NCBI GenBank assembly: GCA_965648905.1
Contig: CBFGIT010000008.1
Coordinates: 32,001 to 96,000, forward strand
Length of the DNA stretch: 64,000 nt
Reading direction: 5' to 3'
From: a candidate division WOR-3 bacterium
GTDB taxonomy: Bacteria; Hydrothermota; Tepidihabitantia; Tepidihabitantales; Tepidihabitantaceae
The notes beneath the pieces are model-generated. The model worked only from the letters and a program-made list of their open reading frames with translations, made no database searches and had not been told where the DNA came from. Made by a program: the position numbers and the translations under genes. This document shows positions 8,785 through 18,882 of the stretch, piece after piece. Numbering within the stretch: position 1 is the stretch's first letter; the number at the start of each line of letters is the position of its first letter.

Positions 8785-8813
8785 AAGCGGGCCGGGTGTT
8801 GCCCGGCCCGCTT
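8785..8813 (-). terminator. Terminator hairpin after S8 protease
   Basis: AAGCGGGCCGGGT-GTT-GCCCGGCCCGCTT. Confidence 0.7.
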
Positions 8814-8834
8814 GAAGGTGATGAGCGGTTTCGG

Positions 8835-11558
8835 CTAGTTGCTCTTGACCAGCTTGACCGTGCCCGAGAACTCGCCGGCCTGCATCTGCACGTAGTAGAT
8901 GCCGGTGCCGACCGTCTGTCCGGCATCGTTCACGCCGTTCCACAGCAGGGCGTAGTACCCGGGCCGCTGCGCGCCGGCAAACAGAGTCCTGACCTGTCGG
9001 CCGTCCGCCGAATAGACCGTGATGCGCACGTCAACCGAGCGCGGCAGTTCGTACCGCACGCCTGCGACCGCCGCGGACGGATTGGCGCCAAGGCTTCTGA
9101 TGCTGAACCGCCTGGGCAACTCGGCTCCACCTACGACACCGGTGAGCGGAATAACCTGAAACGAGTCCGAGACCATGTCGTTAGCCGGGTTCTCGTCGCC
9201 GGCTAGGAGCGTCCTGGCCTGAGCTGCGAACCAGCCGACCGGCTGTGCCACCCAGTTCGCAAAGCTGACCGTGTCGGTTGCCCCTGAGGCAATGGTCACT
9301 GACTGCGTGTCGGCATAGCCCGAGCTGATAAGGAACTCAACGTCAAAAGTCTCAGGCGACGAGCCGAGATTGACAACCACGGCCTGCGGCACTATCACCA
9401 GCCCTGAGTCAACCTGACCGACCGGCGCGACAATCACATGCGCAGCCACGTCGTGAGTGAGTGCGACCGGCGTGATGTCGCCGGTGATGGTCCAGGCAAA
9501 CGGCTGTTTCGAGCCGGTCGCGACGTTCTGTGCGCCGACCCAGATTGCCCACTCGCCGGTGTCAGGCGCGTTGATGCGCGCGCACTCTTCGACGTTGACC
9601 GCGTCCCAGGTGCCGGGGTTGGGCTGGGACTGACCGCCCGAGTACTTGTTACCCCGGTACTCAGTGCCGCCCGGCGCGATCAGTTCGAGGTTCAGGTCGT
9701 TGACCAGTGTCGGGTTGGCGCTGGGCGCGGCCGCGGTATCGGTCCACGCCAGGCACGCACGCAGCGGGATAGACGAGTTGACGCGGAAGCGAATCTCCTT
9801 GAACTGACCGGTGGCAAGCCCGACCGTGTCGTCCATTATCATGAGCTTGCGCTCATCGCCCGGGAAATAGAGCACCGAGTCGGCATCGATGCGGCCCCAG
9901 CCGATGTCAAAGCTCGGGACTGTGTACGAACCGACGTTCGGGTCCGCCGACACCATTGCCATCGAACGCAGCAGGGCCGCGCTGATATAGCTGATGCGGT
10001 TCTGCGGCTCGGGCGTGCCGGTCGGGTAGTACCCTTCCTGCAGGTAGCAGCGCATCAGGCCGACCGTGCCGTTCGCGGTCGGCGTGGCCATCGAGGTACC
10101 GGACATCTGCGAGTAGGTGTTGGCGCCGGTGTTCCGAGCCGACCAGATGTCCACGCCCGGGGCCACGACGTTGGGCTTGATGCGGTTGTCCTGGGTCGGG
10201 CCGCGGCTTGAGAAGCTGGCAATCGTGTTGGAGCTGGTGCCGCGATTGGTCGCGCCGATGGTCAGCACGTTCTTGGCGATGCCGGGGTTACGCAGCCGCC
10301 GGGTCGAAGTCTCGTTGCCCGCAGCCATCAGGTTCATGAAGTCCTTGTGCGCCCAGCCGAATGCGTCGGTCGAGGCGTCCTGAATCAGGTACGTTCCCTG
10401 GGTATTAGACCAGCCCCACGAGCCGGAATGCTGTTTGATTGGCCGAACCGAGTCGGGCAGAGTGCGGCCGAGGTAGACCGTGTCCCACATCGGCGTGTGG
10501 TCGGTCGGCACGAGGAACGACGTGCCGTTGGTGATGTCCACAAAGTAGTACCGCGCATCCCTGGCCATGCCGTCGTAATAGCTCGTGCCGCCGGTCACCG
10601 AGTCGTCACCACAGATACTGCCCGCCACATGGCTGCCGTGATACTGGCCTTCGCTTACGTCGGCCGAGCCGAACCGCTTGTACGCGACCACCTTGCGGTG
10701 GTCCGGCCACACTCCGGGCGGCGTGATGGCCAGCGCCGGGTCGCGGAACATGTCGTGCCCGGTATTGAGACCGGTGTCGGTCGCGGACATGATGACGCCC
10801 TGGCCGCGCACGCCGTTGCGCCATACCGGCCGCGCTGCCATGCTCGTATCCGGCGGCGACGTGGCCAGGTACCCGCTCTGCATCACCCATTGTGACGTGT
10901 TGTTGCAGAACGAGCCTTCGCGGAACTCCTGAATCCAGAACGTCTGAGACAGGCGGGCAACCGCAGCAATGTCGTCCGGCTCAAGTGCGGCCGTGATGGT
11001 CGTGCCGAAGCTCGATGTCATCTTCTCCTCCACGACACCGCCAGCAGCCTCGATCGCATCGGTGATGGCAGTCGGGTCTTCGCCCTGCATAGCCAGGATG
11101 ACCACACGCTTCATTCCGACCTCGTCGAGCAGACCGGGCTCGAGCTTGTACGCCGGCTGGAACAGCCCGACCCAGCGCACGAATGGCCGGGCCTTGGCCT
11201 GGGCGACCTGGTTCGGGTCGAGCTTGGCCAGCATCGCGTAGTGCGGCACATAACCGAACACTCTGATGCCGTGCTCCTTTAGAGCCGAAACCCATGCCTG
11301 CTCAATCGGCCCGGTGAACTGCACGATGTAGTACTGGGTCGCCTGCCCGGTGCCGTCGAGCCTGAGTTCGGCCGGCAATGGTGGCTCGCCGGTGCGAGTG
11401 TCGATGACGTAGCCGCTTGAGAAACTGATGAAATTGGCTTCTTCTCCGGTAACCGGCTTGAACCTGCCCACCGGCCCCATGTCATACTTCGGGACGGCAA
11501 GCACCGGAACCGCCAGTACCGCAAGCAGCAGAGGTACTGCCTTTGATAGATGTCTCAT
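8835..11558 (-). CDS. Secreted S8 (subtilisin-like) peptidase with CARDB-like and FlgD-Ig/T9SS-like C-terminus
   Basis: Triad DTG, HGSHVAG, SGTSMATP; signal peptide; WNG.ND.G..V..GIYY tail. Confidence 0.88.
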   Translation of the reverse strand: MRHLSKAVPLLLAVLAVPVLAVPKYDMGPVGRFKPVTGEEANFISFSSGYVIDTRTGEPPLPAELRLDGTGQATQYYIVQFTGPIEQAWVSALKEHGIRVFGYVPHYAMLAKLDPNQVAQAKARPFVRWVGLFQPAYKLEPGLLDEVGMKRVVILAMQGEDPTAITDAIEAAGGVVEEKMTSSFGTTITAALEPDDIAAVARLSQTFWIQEFREGSFCNNTSQWVMQSGYLATSPPDTSMAARPVWRNGVRGQGVIMSATDTGLNTGHDMFRDPALAITPPGVWPDHRKVVAYKRFGSADVSEGQYHGSHVAGSICGDDSVTGGTSYYDGMARDARYYFVDITNGTSFLVPTDHTPMWDTVYLGRTLPDSVRPIKQHSGSWGWSNTQGTYLIQDASTDAFGWAHKDFMNLMAAGNETSTRRLRNPGIAKNVLTIGATNRGTSSNTIASFSSRGPTQDNRIKPNVVAPGVDIWSARNTGANTYSQMSGTSMATPTANGTVGLMRCYLQEGYYPTGTPEPQNRISYISAALLRSMAMVSADPNVGSYTVPSFDIGWGRIDADSVLYFPGDERKLMIMDDTVGLATGQFKEIRFRVNSSIPLRACLAWTDTAAAPSANPTLVNDLNLELIAPGGTEYRGNKYSGGQSQPNPGTWDAVNVEECARINAPDTGEWAIWVGAQNVATGSKQPFAWTITGDITPVALTHDVAAHVIVAPVGQVDSGLVIVPQAVVVNLGSSPETFDVEFLISSGYADTQSVTIASGATDTVSFANWVAQPVGWFAAQARTLLAGDENPANDMVSDSFQVIPLTGVVGGAELPRRFSIRSLGANPSAAVAGVRYELPRSVDVRITVYSADGRQVRTLFAGAQRPGYYALLWNGVNDAGQTVGTGIYYVQMQAGEFSGTVKLVKSN

Positions 11559-11720
11559 GAACGCTCCTGTTGAGTCGCTTTACTGACCTCTTGCCGCCTG
11601 CGCTACGGCAAGACGAGAATTCGGAATCAGATATATTACATTGGACTGATGCTTCGGTCAAACGGTTCGAAACCCGGGCAGCATCATGCTCGGCCGAGCT
11701 GACCGAAGAGAAGTTGAGAC

Positions 11721-11751
11721 AAAAAGCAGCCGGCCCGCTGACGGGCCGGCT
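11721..11751 (-). terminator. Rho-independent terminator of dcw operon
   Basis: AGCCGGCCCG-4nt-CGGGCCGGCT followed by T-run on minus strand. Confidence 0.75.
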
Positions 11752-11833
11752 CTGTCTGGCATGTCGGAGGCTATAACACGCCCGACTCGGAACTACTTAC
11801 CGTTCACACACCGCTCGCCGCGTGCCGCAGCGT

Positions 11834-12931
11834 CTAGTCCATCTGCCGACGGATGAAAGCCGGCACGTCAAGGTTGGACTTGTCCAGAGTGAGCACCGTC
11901 TCCCGGCCGACGCGCCGGCGCGTGATGGGAAACAGGTCAACGTGCTCAAGCAGGTCGGAGACATCGGCCAGTCGGGGCAATGGCTCGTTCAGCCCGGTCG
12001 CGATGAGCGTGACCTTGACCGTGTCGCGCAGGGACCGTGACCGGGCCGCGCCCAGGCGGACGTCAGCCTGACCATTGGTCGCGTGATAGACCGCAGTCGC
12101 GGCCTGGTCGACTTCTTTGAGCGTCATCGTCTCGTCACCGGTGATGTTCAGCAGCACTTTGCGCGCGGTCTCCACGGCCATGTCTTCAATCAACGGCGAG
12201 TGCAGGGCCCGCTGCGCTGCCTCGACCGCCCGGCCATCGCCGTTGGCCATGCCGACCGACATGACCGCGCCGCCCCGCTCCGACATCACCGACCGGACGT
12301 CGGCAAAGTCGATATTGATGAGCTGGCGGGTAATGACGATTTCGGCAATGCCCCGCACCGCATCGAGCAGGACCTCATCGGCCAGCCGGAACGCCTCAAA
12401 GCAGGGCTGTTCGCCGTAGACCTCGAGCACGCGCTGGTTGGGCAGGACAATGAGCGTGTCGACGCTCGGCCGCAGGGCTTCGATACCCCCGGCGGCCTTT
12501 TCTTCGCGTGCCCGGCCTTCGAAAGTGAACGGCCGGGTGACAACCGCGACCACGAGCGCGCCCTGACGCTTCGCTTCCTGGGCGATGACCGGTGCGGCGC
12601 CTGTCCCTGTACCGCCACCCTCGCCCGCAGCGATGAAGACCATATCGAACCCGGCCAGATTCTCGCGCAGGGTCTCGATTGACTCCTCGGCGGCCTGACG
12701 TCCGATTTGCGGATTGCCGCCTGAACCCAGGCCGCCGGTCAACTGTGCGCCGATCTGCACCTTGTTCGGCGCGAGTGACATCGAGAGTGCCTGCAGGTCG
12801 GTGTTGACCGCGTAGTGCTCGACGCCGGTCACGTTTGCGGCCATCATGTGATTGATGGCGTTGCAGCCGGCGCCGCCGACTCCGAACACGCCAATCCGGG
12901 TGAGCGTTCGTTCCTCAACCGGTTCGATCAT
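11834..12931 (-). CDS. ftsZ: Cell division protein FtsZ
   Basis: GVGGAGCNA, GGGTGTG, INIDFADV, LDVPAFIRRQ; AAGGAGG before ATG 12931. Confidence 0.97.
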   Translation of the reverse strand: MIEPVEERTLTRIGVFGVGGAGCNAINHMMAANVTGVEHYAVNTDLQALSMSLAPNKVQIGAQLTGGLGSGGNPQIGRQAAEESIETLRENLAGFDMVFIAAGEGGGTGTGAAPVIAQEAKRQGALVVAVVTRPFTFEGRAREEKAAGGIEALRPSVDTLIVLPNQRVLEVYGEQPCFEAFRLADEVLLDAVRGIAEIVITRQLINIDFADVRSVMSERGGAVMSVGMANGDGRAVEAAQRALHSPLIEDMAVETARKVLLNITGDETMTLKEVDQAATAVYHATNGQADVRLGAARSRSLRDTVKVTLIATGLNEPLPRLADVSDLLEHVDLFPITRRRVGRETVLTLDKSNLDVPAFIRRQMD

Positions 12932-13021
12932 GCTTTGCCTCCTTTGTTTGAAACCACTAATCAGCACCCGGCCGTCGGGCCGCAACCAACTCCGGTGTCG
13001 TTCGCGGCCGATGGTCGAACA

Positions 13022-14242
13022 TCATACGAACCAGCTCCTGATTTCGTCCAGGAGCGAGTCCCAGAATCTTGCGCCTGGGGCCCGGGATGCCCAGCGGCCT
13101 TCCAGCCCGCCGCGGACCAGCCCGACCGCAGTGGCGAATGACGGGTCGCGGCTGACCTCGTCCGGCCCGGACAGCCGGTCAGGACGACCGATCCGCACCG
13201 GCATTCCAAACACCTGCTCTGCCAGGACGTCAATGCCGGGAAGCAGAGCGCCGCCGCCGGTCAGAACCACGCCCGCGGCCAGACCCTCGACCAGACCGGA
13301 CTTGCGCAGCTCGGCATCGGCCATGGTCAGGATTTCCTCAGCCCTTGGTTCGATAATCGAAGCCAGCAGCCGCCGGGAAACCTGCTTGGGCCCCCGGCCT
13401 GAGGCATCCTCAACCGGAATCGACTCGTCCTTGTCCACAAGGCTGGCCATTGCCACGCCGTGCCGGCGCTTCAGTTCCTCGGCCTGGCTGTAAGTCGTAC
13501 GCACTCCGATCGCCACGTCTTTGGTGATGTTGCCCGCGCCGACCGGCAGCAGCTTCGTGAACCGGATTTCGCCGTCGCGGTAGATCGACAGGTCGGTCAC
13601 ACCGCCTAGGTCAACGAGCACCACCCCCTGGTCCCGGTCCTCCTGGTCACAGACGCCGGACATCGTCGCGATCGACTGAAGCATCAGTGACCGGTTCCTG
13701 ACGTCGAGCTGGTCGAGCACGCGATACAGGTTCGCCACCGCCGTGACCGCCCCGATGATCAGCATCGCCTCGACTTCAAGCCGAACCCCAAACAGGCCCA
13801 GCGGGTTACGCACGCCTTTCTGGCCGTCAACGATGAACTGGGTCGGCACGACGTGCAGTATCTGCTCGTCGTTCGGCAGCCGGATTGTCTGGGCCTGCTT
13901 GATGACGTCCTCAACGTCGCGCGCGCTGATGCCGCGCTGGGGCCGGCGCACCGGAACCGCCCCGACTCCGGCGATGTGCTTGACGTGCTCGCCCGAGACT
14001 CCAACGTAGACCGGGTAGGCACGGAACTTGCCGCCTGAGGTCGCCTCGGCCGCCTTGACCGCGGTTTCGACCGACCCGGTCGCCTTGTCCAAATTGATAA
14101 CCACGCCCTGCCTGAACCCGTCCGGCGGCGCCGTCCCGAACCCGACGATGCTCGTCTTGCCCGCGTTGTCGGTCTCGGCAATTACGACCGCCACCTTGGT
14201 ACTCCCGATGTCGACTGCTGCGGTTCTCCTAACTCTTGCCAT
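13022..14242 (-). CDS. ftsA: Cell division protein FtsA
   Basis: DIGSTK, DLGG, VLTGGGALLPG; upstream of ftsZ. Confidence 0.95.
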   Translation of the reverse strand: MARVRRTAAVDIGSTKVAVVIAETDNAGKTSIVGFGTAPPDGFRQGVVINLDKATGSVETAVKAAEATSGGKFRAYPVYVGVSGEHVKHIAGVGAVPVRRPQRGISARDVEDVIKQAQTIRLPNDEQILHVVPTQFIVDGQKGVRNPLGLFGVRLEVEAMLIIGAVTAVANLYRVLDQLDVRNRSLMLQSIATMSGVCDQEDRDQGVVLVDLGGVTDLSIYRDGEIRFTKLLPVGAGNITKDVAIGVRTTYSQAEELKRRHGVAMASLVDKDESIPVEDASGRGPKQVSRRLLASIIEPRAEEILTMADAELRKSGLVEGLAAGVVLTGGGALLPGIDVLAEQVFGMPVRIGRPDRLSGPDEVSRDPSFATAVGLVRGGLEGRWASRAPGARFWDSLLDEIRSWFV

Positions 14243-15230
14243 TGAACTGCCTCCTTGGGAACGGTTGCGCCATGCCGGGAAGTATGCGCACCTCTTCTTC
14301 GAGGAGTATGCCCGTCTTTTCCTCGACCGTCGCTTTCACAATCTGAGCCAGCTCATAGACGTCAGCGCAGCGCGCGCCCCCGGCATTGACGATGAAGTTG
14401 GCATGCTTCATCGAGACGCGCGCGCCGCCGACGCTACGGCCCTTCAGGCCGCACTCCTCAATCAACCGGGCAGCCGGAATCCTCGGCTCAGAACCTGCCG
14501 TCCGTGACTCCGGATTCTTGAAGAATGACCCGGCCGAAGGCTCGGGCGGGTGGATTGCCCGGCGTCGCTGCCGTACCTGGTCGGCAGTCTGACCCTGGGA
14601 AGAAACCGGTTCGAGCCGGAACCGGACCCGGGTCGCCACCAGCCCGTCGTCAATCAACGGCTCCCGGTAGCGTACGGTCAGCTCTTCGCGCCGACGTCGC
14701 CAGGGACGACCGACGCGGTCCAGTCCGCTCACTTCGACGATAACGTCGGCGATACACCGACCGAACGCACCGGCATTGGAAGCAAGCGCACCGCCTACGG
14801 TTCCGGGTATGCCGGCCAGAAACTCAACTCCGCCCAGCCCGGCGGCCTGAACTGCGCTAACCACATCGTCGAGCCTTGCACCAGCCCCGGCCTCGATGAA
14901 TCCCGAACCCTGGCCGTCCGACCGCGGATACGCCGCACCGGATACTGGGGAAACGTTGGCCAGAGCACCACCCAGCCTGACCACGACTCCGGCCAGACCC
15001 TGGTCCGACACGAGCACGTTCGTGCCCCGACCCAGGACCCGGCAGTCAACCAGCTCCTCATGGCAGAAGCCGAGCACACGGGCCAGGGCCGGCTCGGCTC
15101 TCACTTCGAGCATCAACTCGGCGTCGCCACCGATGCGGAAACTGGTGTGACGGGCGAGCGGCTCAGCCGGCCGAAACTCGACGTCGTCGTCGGCTAGAGC
15201 TGCTTCAAGACCTCGTCGCCAATCGTCCAT
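14229..15230 (-). CDS. murB: UDP-N-acetylmuramate dehydrogenase
   Basis: HTSFRIGG, GIPGTVGGA, PSAGSFFKNP, KHANFIVN. Confidence 0.93.
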   Translation of the reverse strand: MDDWRRGLEAALADDDVEFRPAEPLARHTSFRIGGDAELMLEVRAEPALARVLGFCHEELVDCRVLGRGTNVLVSDQGLAGVVVRLGGALANVSPVSGAAYPRSDGQGSGFIEAGAGARLDDVVSAVQAAGLGGVEFLAGIPGTVGGALASNAGAFGRCIADVIVEVSGLDRVGRPWRRRREELTVRYREPLIDDGLVATRVRFRLEPVSSQGQTADQVRQRRRAIHPPEPSAGSFFKNPESRTAGSEPRIPAARLIEECGLKGRSVGGARVSMKHANFIVNAGGARCADVYELAQIVKATVEEKTGILLEEEVRILPGMAQPFPRRQFNGKS

Positions 15231-16564
15231 ATGTTGCCTGCTCCGAGCGTCAGCACGACGTCGCCGGCACGTAGTCGCGGCACGAGCGCCGCGGCCAGGT
15301 CGCCGAGCTCGGGAACAATCTGCACTGCCGGTTGCGGGCCGTTCCGGCGCACCGCGTCGGCAATCAGCTCCGAATCAACCCCCGGGATCTCCGGTTCGGA
15401 TGCGGCGTAGATTCGAGTCAGAACCAGTTCATCGGCCGCGGCAAAACTCGGCCCGAACTCATCGGCCAGCAGCCGGGTACGAGTATAGCGGTGCGGTTGG
15501 AATACTACGATGATACGCCGGGTCGGGAAGGCATGCCGCAACGCCTCAATCGTCACCCGTACCTCAGTCGGATGATGGCCGTAGTCATCGAACACCGTGA
15601 TGCCCGACTTTTCGCCGCGTTTCTCCAACCGCCGATGCACCCCGCCAAAGACCCGCAGCGCCGCCTCAGTCACGCCCGGCTCGATGCCGAGTTCGGTCGC
15701 AACCGCAATTGCCGCCAGCGCATTCTGCACGTTGTGCAGTCCGGGCAACGGCAGATTGAATCGGCCGACCTCCTGATTCCCGTACCGGACCGTGAAGGCA
15801 GACGAGAAGCCGTAGAGCTGCAGGTCACGGACCACAAGGTCTGCGGGCTCGCCGGTCGCGTAGGTCACGACCCGCCGCGCCACCCGCCGACGGATCGCCC
15901 GAACCGCGGGCGAGTCCAGACAGAGAATCGCGGCACCGTAGAACGGCACCCGGTTCACGAAGTGAACGAACTCGCGCTTCAGGTCGGCGAGGTCTCGATA
16001 CACGTCCAGATGTTCGCGCTCGATGTTCGTGACCACGGCAATTGTCGGATAGAGGTCAAGGAACGAACGGTCACTCTCGTCTGCCTCCGCCACCAGGTAC
16101 TGGGACTGGCCCAGCTTGGCCCCGGAATCGCTCGAAAGAACCCGACCGCCGACAACCCAGGTCGGGTCCATGCCGGCACGTTCCAGCACGTGCGCCACCA
16201 GCGAAGTAACGGTCGTCTTGCCGTGGCTGCCCGAGACCGCGATCGAGAACTTCATCCGCATCAGCTCGGCGAGCATCTCAGCCCGTCTGATAACCGGCAC
16301 GCCCTGTGCGCGTGCCCGGTCGAGCTCCGGATTGCTCGAAACCACGGCCGAGGAGTACACCACAACCTGCGCGTCGGCCACGCAGGCCGCATCATGACCG
16401 ATCGTGACCGCGACTCCGGCTTCGGTCAGCGCCTGAGTTGTGTCACTGGCGCGGGCGTCGCTGCCCGACACCTCGAACCCCATATTCTTGAGAACCAAGG
16501 CGATGCCCGACATACCGACCCCGCCGATGCCGACAAAGTGTACCCGCTTCACCCGACCGAACAT
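15194..16564 (-). CDS. murC: UDP-N-acetylmuramate--L-alanine ligase
   Basis: HFVGIGGVGMSG, GSHGKTT, EADESD, DDYGHHPTE, FQPHRY. Confidence 0.96.
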   Translation of the reverse strand: MFGRVKRVHFVGIGGVGMSGIALVLKNMGFEVSGSDARASDTTQALTEAGVAVTIGHDAACVADAQVVVYSSAVVSSNPELDRARAQGVPVIRRAEMLAELMRMKFSIAVSGSHGKTTVTSLVAHVLERAGMDPTWVVGGRVLSSDSGAKLGQSQYLVAEADESDRSFLDLYPTIAVVTNIEREHLDVYRDLADLKREFVHFVNRVPFYGAAILCLDSPAVRAIRRRVARRVVTYATGEPADLVVRDLQLYGFSSAFTVRYGNQEVGRFNLPLPGLHNVQNALAAIAVATELGIEPGVTEAALRVFGGVHRRLEKRGEKSGITVFDDYGHHPTEVRVTIEALRHAFPTRRIIVVFQPHRYTRTRLLADEFGPSFAAADELVLTRIYAASEPEIPGVDSELIADAVRRNGPQPAVQIVPELGDLAAALVPRLRAGDVVLTLGAGNIWTIGDEVLKQL

Positions 16565-16565
16565 G

Positions 16566-17723
16566 CTAGCTCCGATGAGAGGAACATCGATTGGCCGCGC
16601 TCAACGTCGGCTCCTTTCCGCGCTCTGCCGCACAATCGCAGCCTGCCAACATCTCGATAATCCGTCCAGCAATGACCCGGGCTGCATCTGGGCGGGCCAC
16701 GGTTCGGGCTGCCTGCTCCATGCGCCGACGCTTTGGCTCATCGTCCATCAGGCTGCGGATTGTGCTCGTCAGCCCGGACAGGCGGGTCTGGTCCAGAACA
16801 GAGGCTGCTCCGACCGCAGCAAGATGCTGGGCATTGGCATCCTGATGCCGATCAGTGGCATATGGAAACGGTATCAGTATCGCCGGTATGTTGAAGGCAA
16901 CCAGCTCAGACAGAACCATCCCGCCCGCCCGGGAGACGCAAATCGTGGCCCGTCGATACAACTCTTCAGGCCGAGATGTGAAAGCGACCAGTTCGCAGTT
17001 CGCCGAACTGCGCCGGCCTCTGATGTAGTCATAGTCGCGGTGGCCGGTGAGGATGATGAAGTTCAATGTGGTCAGCGCTGCCGCCGCATCGAGTGCAGCC
17101 AGGTTTAGAGCCCGCGCACCCTGACTTCCGCCCAGAACGAGCACTGTGCGACCGTCGTCGCTCCGACCGCCGGCCGCGAGCGCACCCCGCAGCGGATTAC
17201 CCGTCACCTCGTAGCATCCGGGTAACGGTTTCGCCGGTACGAATCCGAGAAACGTCGCCTTTGCCCGGCGCGCAAAGAACCGTGTCACCCGACCGGGAAT
17301 GCAGTTCTGCTCGAGCAGGAAGAAAGGTATGCGGCTGACCAGCGCTGCTGCAAGCACTGCTGCCGAGGCAAAGCCGCCGGTTGCCACCACCCCTTGGGGC
17401 GTGACCCGTCGCAGCAGAACCAGAGCCCGGAACAACCCGACCAGCCCGACCCACAGCCCGAGCGCTTTGGCCCAGGCTTTCTTGCCGTAGAATCCGCGCG
17501 CCGGCAGCGACACAAACTCCACGCCGTGCTCTGCCGCCACCTGACACTCCAGCCCGCGGTCGCGCCCGACCCAGACCACCTTTGTGCCGAGCCGACGCAG
17601 CTCATCAACGAGCGCCAGGGCCGGAAACACATGTCCGCCGGTCCCGCCGGCTGCGACGAGAATCGTTCGCTCGACTCCACGGTCAGCCGATTCCCGGTCC
17701 TGGGGTCGAGGGGTCGGTGCTAT
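16566..17723 (-). CDS. murG: MurG glycosyltransferase (start probably non-canonical ATA at 17723)
   Basis: AGGTGGHVFPA lies upstream of the track's GTG start; EQN..PG, GGSQGA, HQDANA. Confidence 0.88.
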   Translation of the reverse strand: MAPTPRPQDRESADRGVERTILVAAGGTGGHVFPALALVDELRRLGTKVVWVGRDRGLECQVAAEHGVEFVSLPARGFYGKKAWAKALGLWVGLVGLFRALVLLRRVTPQGVVATGGFASAAVLAAALVSRIPFFLLEQNCIPGRVTRFFARRAKATFLGFVPAKPLPGCYEVTGNPLRGALAAGGRSDDGRTVLVLGGSQGARALNLAALDAAAALTTLNFIILTGHRDYDYIRGRRSSANCELVAFTSRPEELYRRATICVSRAGGMVLSELVAFNIPAILIPFPYATDRHQDANAQHLAAVGAASVLDQTRLSGLTSTIRSLMDDEPKRRRMEQAARTVARPDAARVIAGRIIEMLAGCDCAAERGKEPTLSAANRCSSHRS

Positions 17724-18880
17724 CCTGCACCTCCGAACCGATTTGTCGTCCGCCAGCCCAGAACCGGGTCAGCCAGGAACGTACGACTGCGCCGAAAACA
17801 TGAGACATTCAACAGCACTCCGGCCGCAGCCATGTTCGTAACCAGGGCCGAGCCGCCGTACGATATGAACGGCAGCGGCTGACCCGTGGTCGGTACAAGT
17901 CCGAGCGTCACCGCGACATGTACCAGCGCATACATGAAGAGCATCACCGTAATGCCGGCAGCCAGCAGTTGACTGAAATTCCCGCTCGCTTCCCGGCTCA
18001 CCCGCATCCCGCGTACCAGCAGCAAAGCGTAGAGCACAAAGACGACGACACTTCCTACAAACCCGGATTCCTCGCCCACCGAAGCGAAGATGAAGTCGTT
18101 GTGCATTTTGGGCAGGAACAGCCGCTTCTGCCGGCCTTCACCCAGGCCCATGCCCAGCAGTTGGCCCGAGCCAATCGCAATCAGGGACTGCTGCTGGTGA
18201 TAGCGGTTGCCGTTGACAAAGTTGTTCCAGCGCCGGTTCGCGTAAGGCTGGAACCGTATCACCCCGGCCACCAGCACAATCATCGCCAGGGTCACCGGCA
18301 GAAGAAACCGCACACTGACTCCGGCCACGAAGAAGAGCACCAGACACGACCCGACCATAATGACGCTCGTCCCGATTGAAGGTTGAACCAGGGTCAAAAG
18401 AACCATGCCGAGCACCACGAGCCCGGGTTTGGCCACGGTGTTTCTGAAGTTCGGCTCCTTGCCGTCCCCGGCCAGGTCGGCGAAATAGCCGGCCAGCCAG
18501 AAAATCAGAGCGTACTTGGCGAACTCGGCCGGCTGAATTGATACGAACCAGACCGGCAGGTCGCGCTTGGCCACACCGCAGGCCAGACCGATTAGCCGTG
18601 TCAGGACAAGAAGGCCGGCCGAACCGCCCAGCAGCACCCAACGCAGCCGGCGCCAGCACACCGTGTGGTTGAGCAACGCGGTCACGGTCATGGCCGTAGC
18701 TCCGACCAGAACCCGGACCGCGTGCAGCCTGAGAAACGACGCGCCACGGTCAAGCGTGGTCGCGTAGACGGCGATGACGCCAATCATGACCAGCGCGGCG
18801 ACAACGAAAAGAATGCGCGAGTCAATCGGGCTGGTTCGACACAGTCTCGAATCGCTGTTGTGTCGGTCAATCGCGAACAT
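17720..18880 (-). CDS. ftsW: Peptidoglycan polymerase FtsW
   Basis: IQPAEFAK, HNDFIF..GEE, PTTGQPLPFISYGGS. Confidence 0.9.
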   Translation of the reverse strand: MFAIDRHNSDSRLCRTSPIDSRILFVVAALVMIGVIAVYATTLDRGASFLRLHAVRVLVGATAMTVTALLNHTVCWRRLRWVLLGGSAGLLVLTRLIGLACGVAKRDLPVWFVSIQPAEFAKYALIFWLAGYFADLAGDGKEPNFRNTVAKPGLVVLGMVLLTLVQPSIGTSVIMVGSCLVLFFVAGVSVRFLLPVTLAMIVLVAGVIRFQPYANRRWNNFVNGNRYHQQQSLIAIGSGQLLGMGLGEGRQKRLFLPKMHNDFIFASVGEESGFVGSVVVFVLYALLLVRGMRVSREASGNFSQLLAAGITVMLFMYALVHVAVTLGLVPTTGQPLPFISYGGSALVTNMAAAGVLLNVSCFRRSRTFLADPVLGWRTTNRFGGAG

Positions 18881-18882
18881 CG

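Noticed and set aside
11755..11830. Possible small RNA between ftsZ and its terminator
   Set aside because: Only a short GTCGG/CCGAC stem; no recognisable family features
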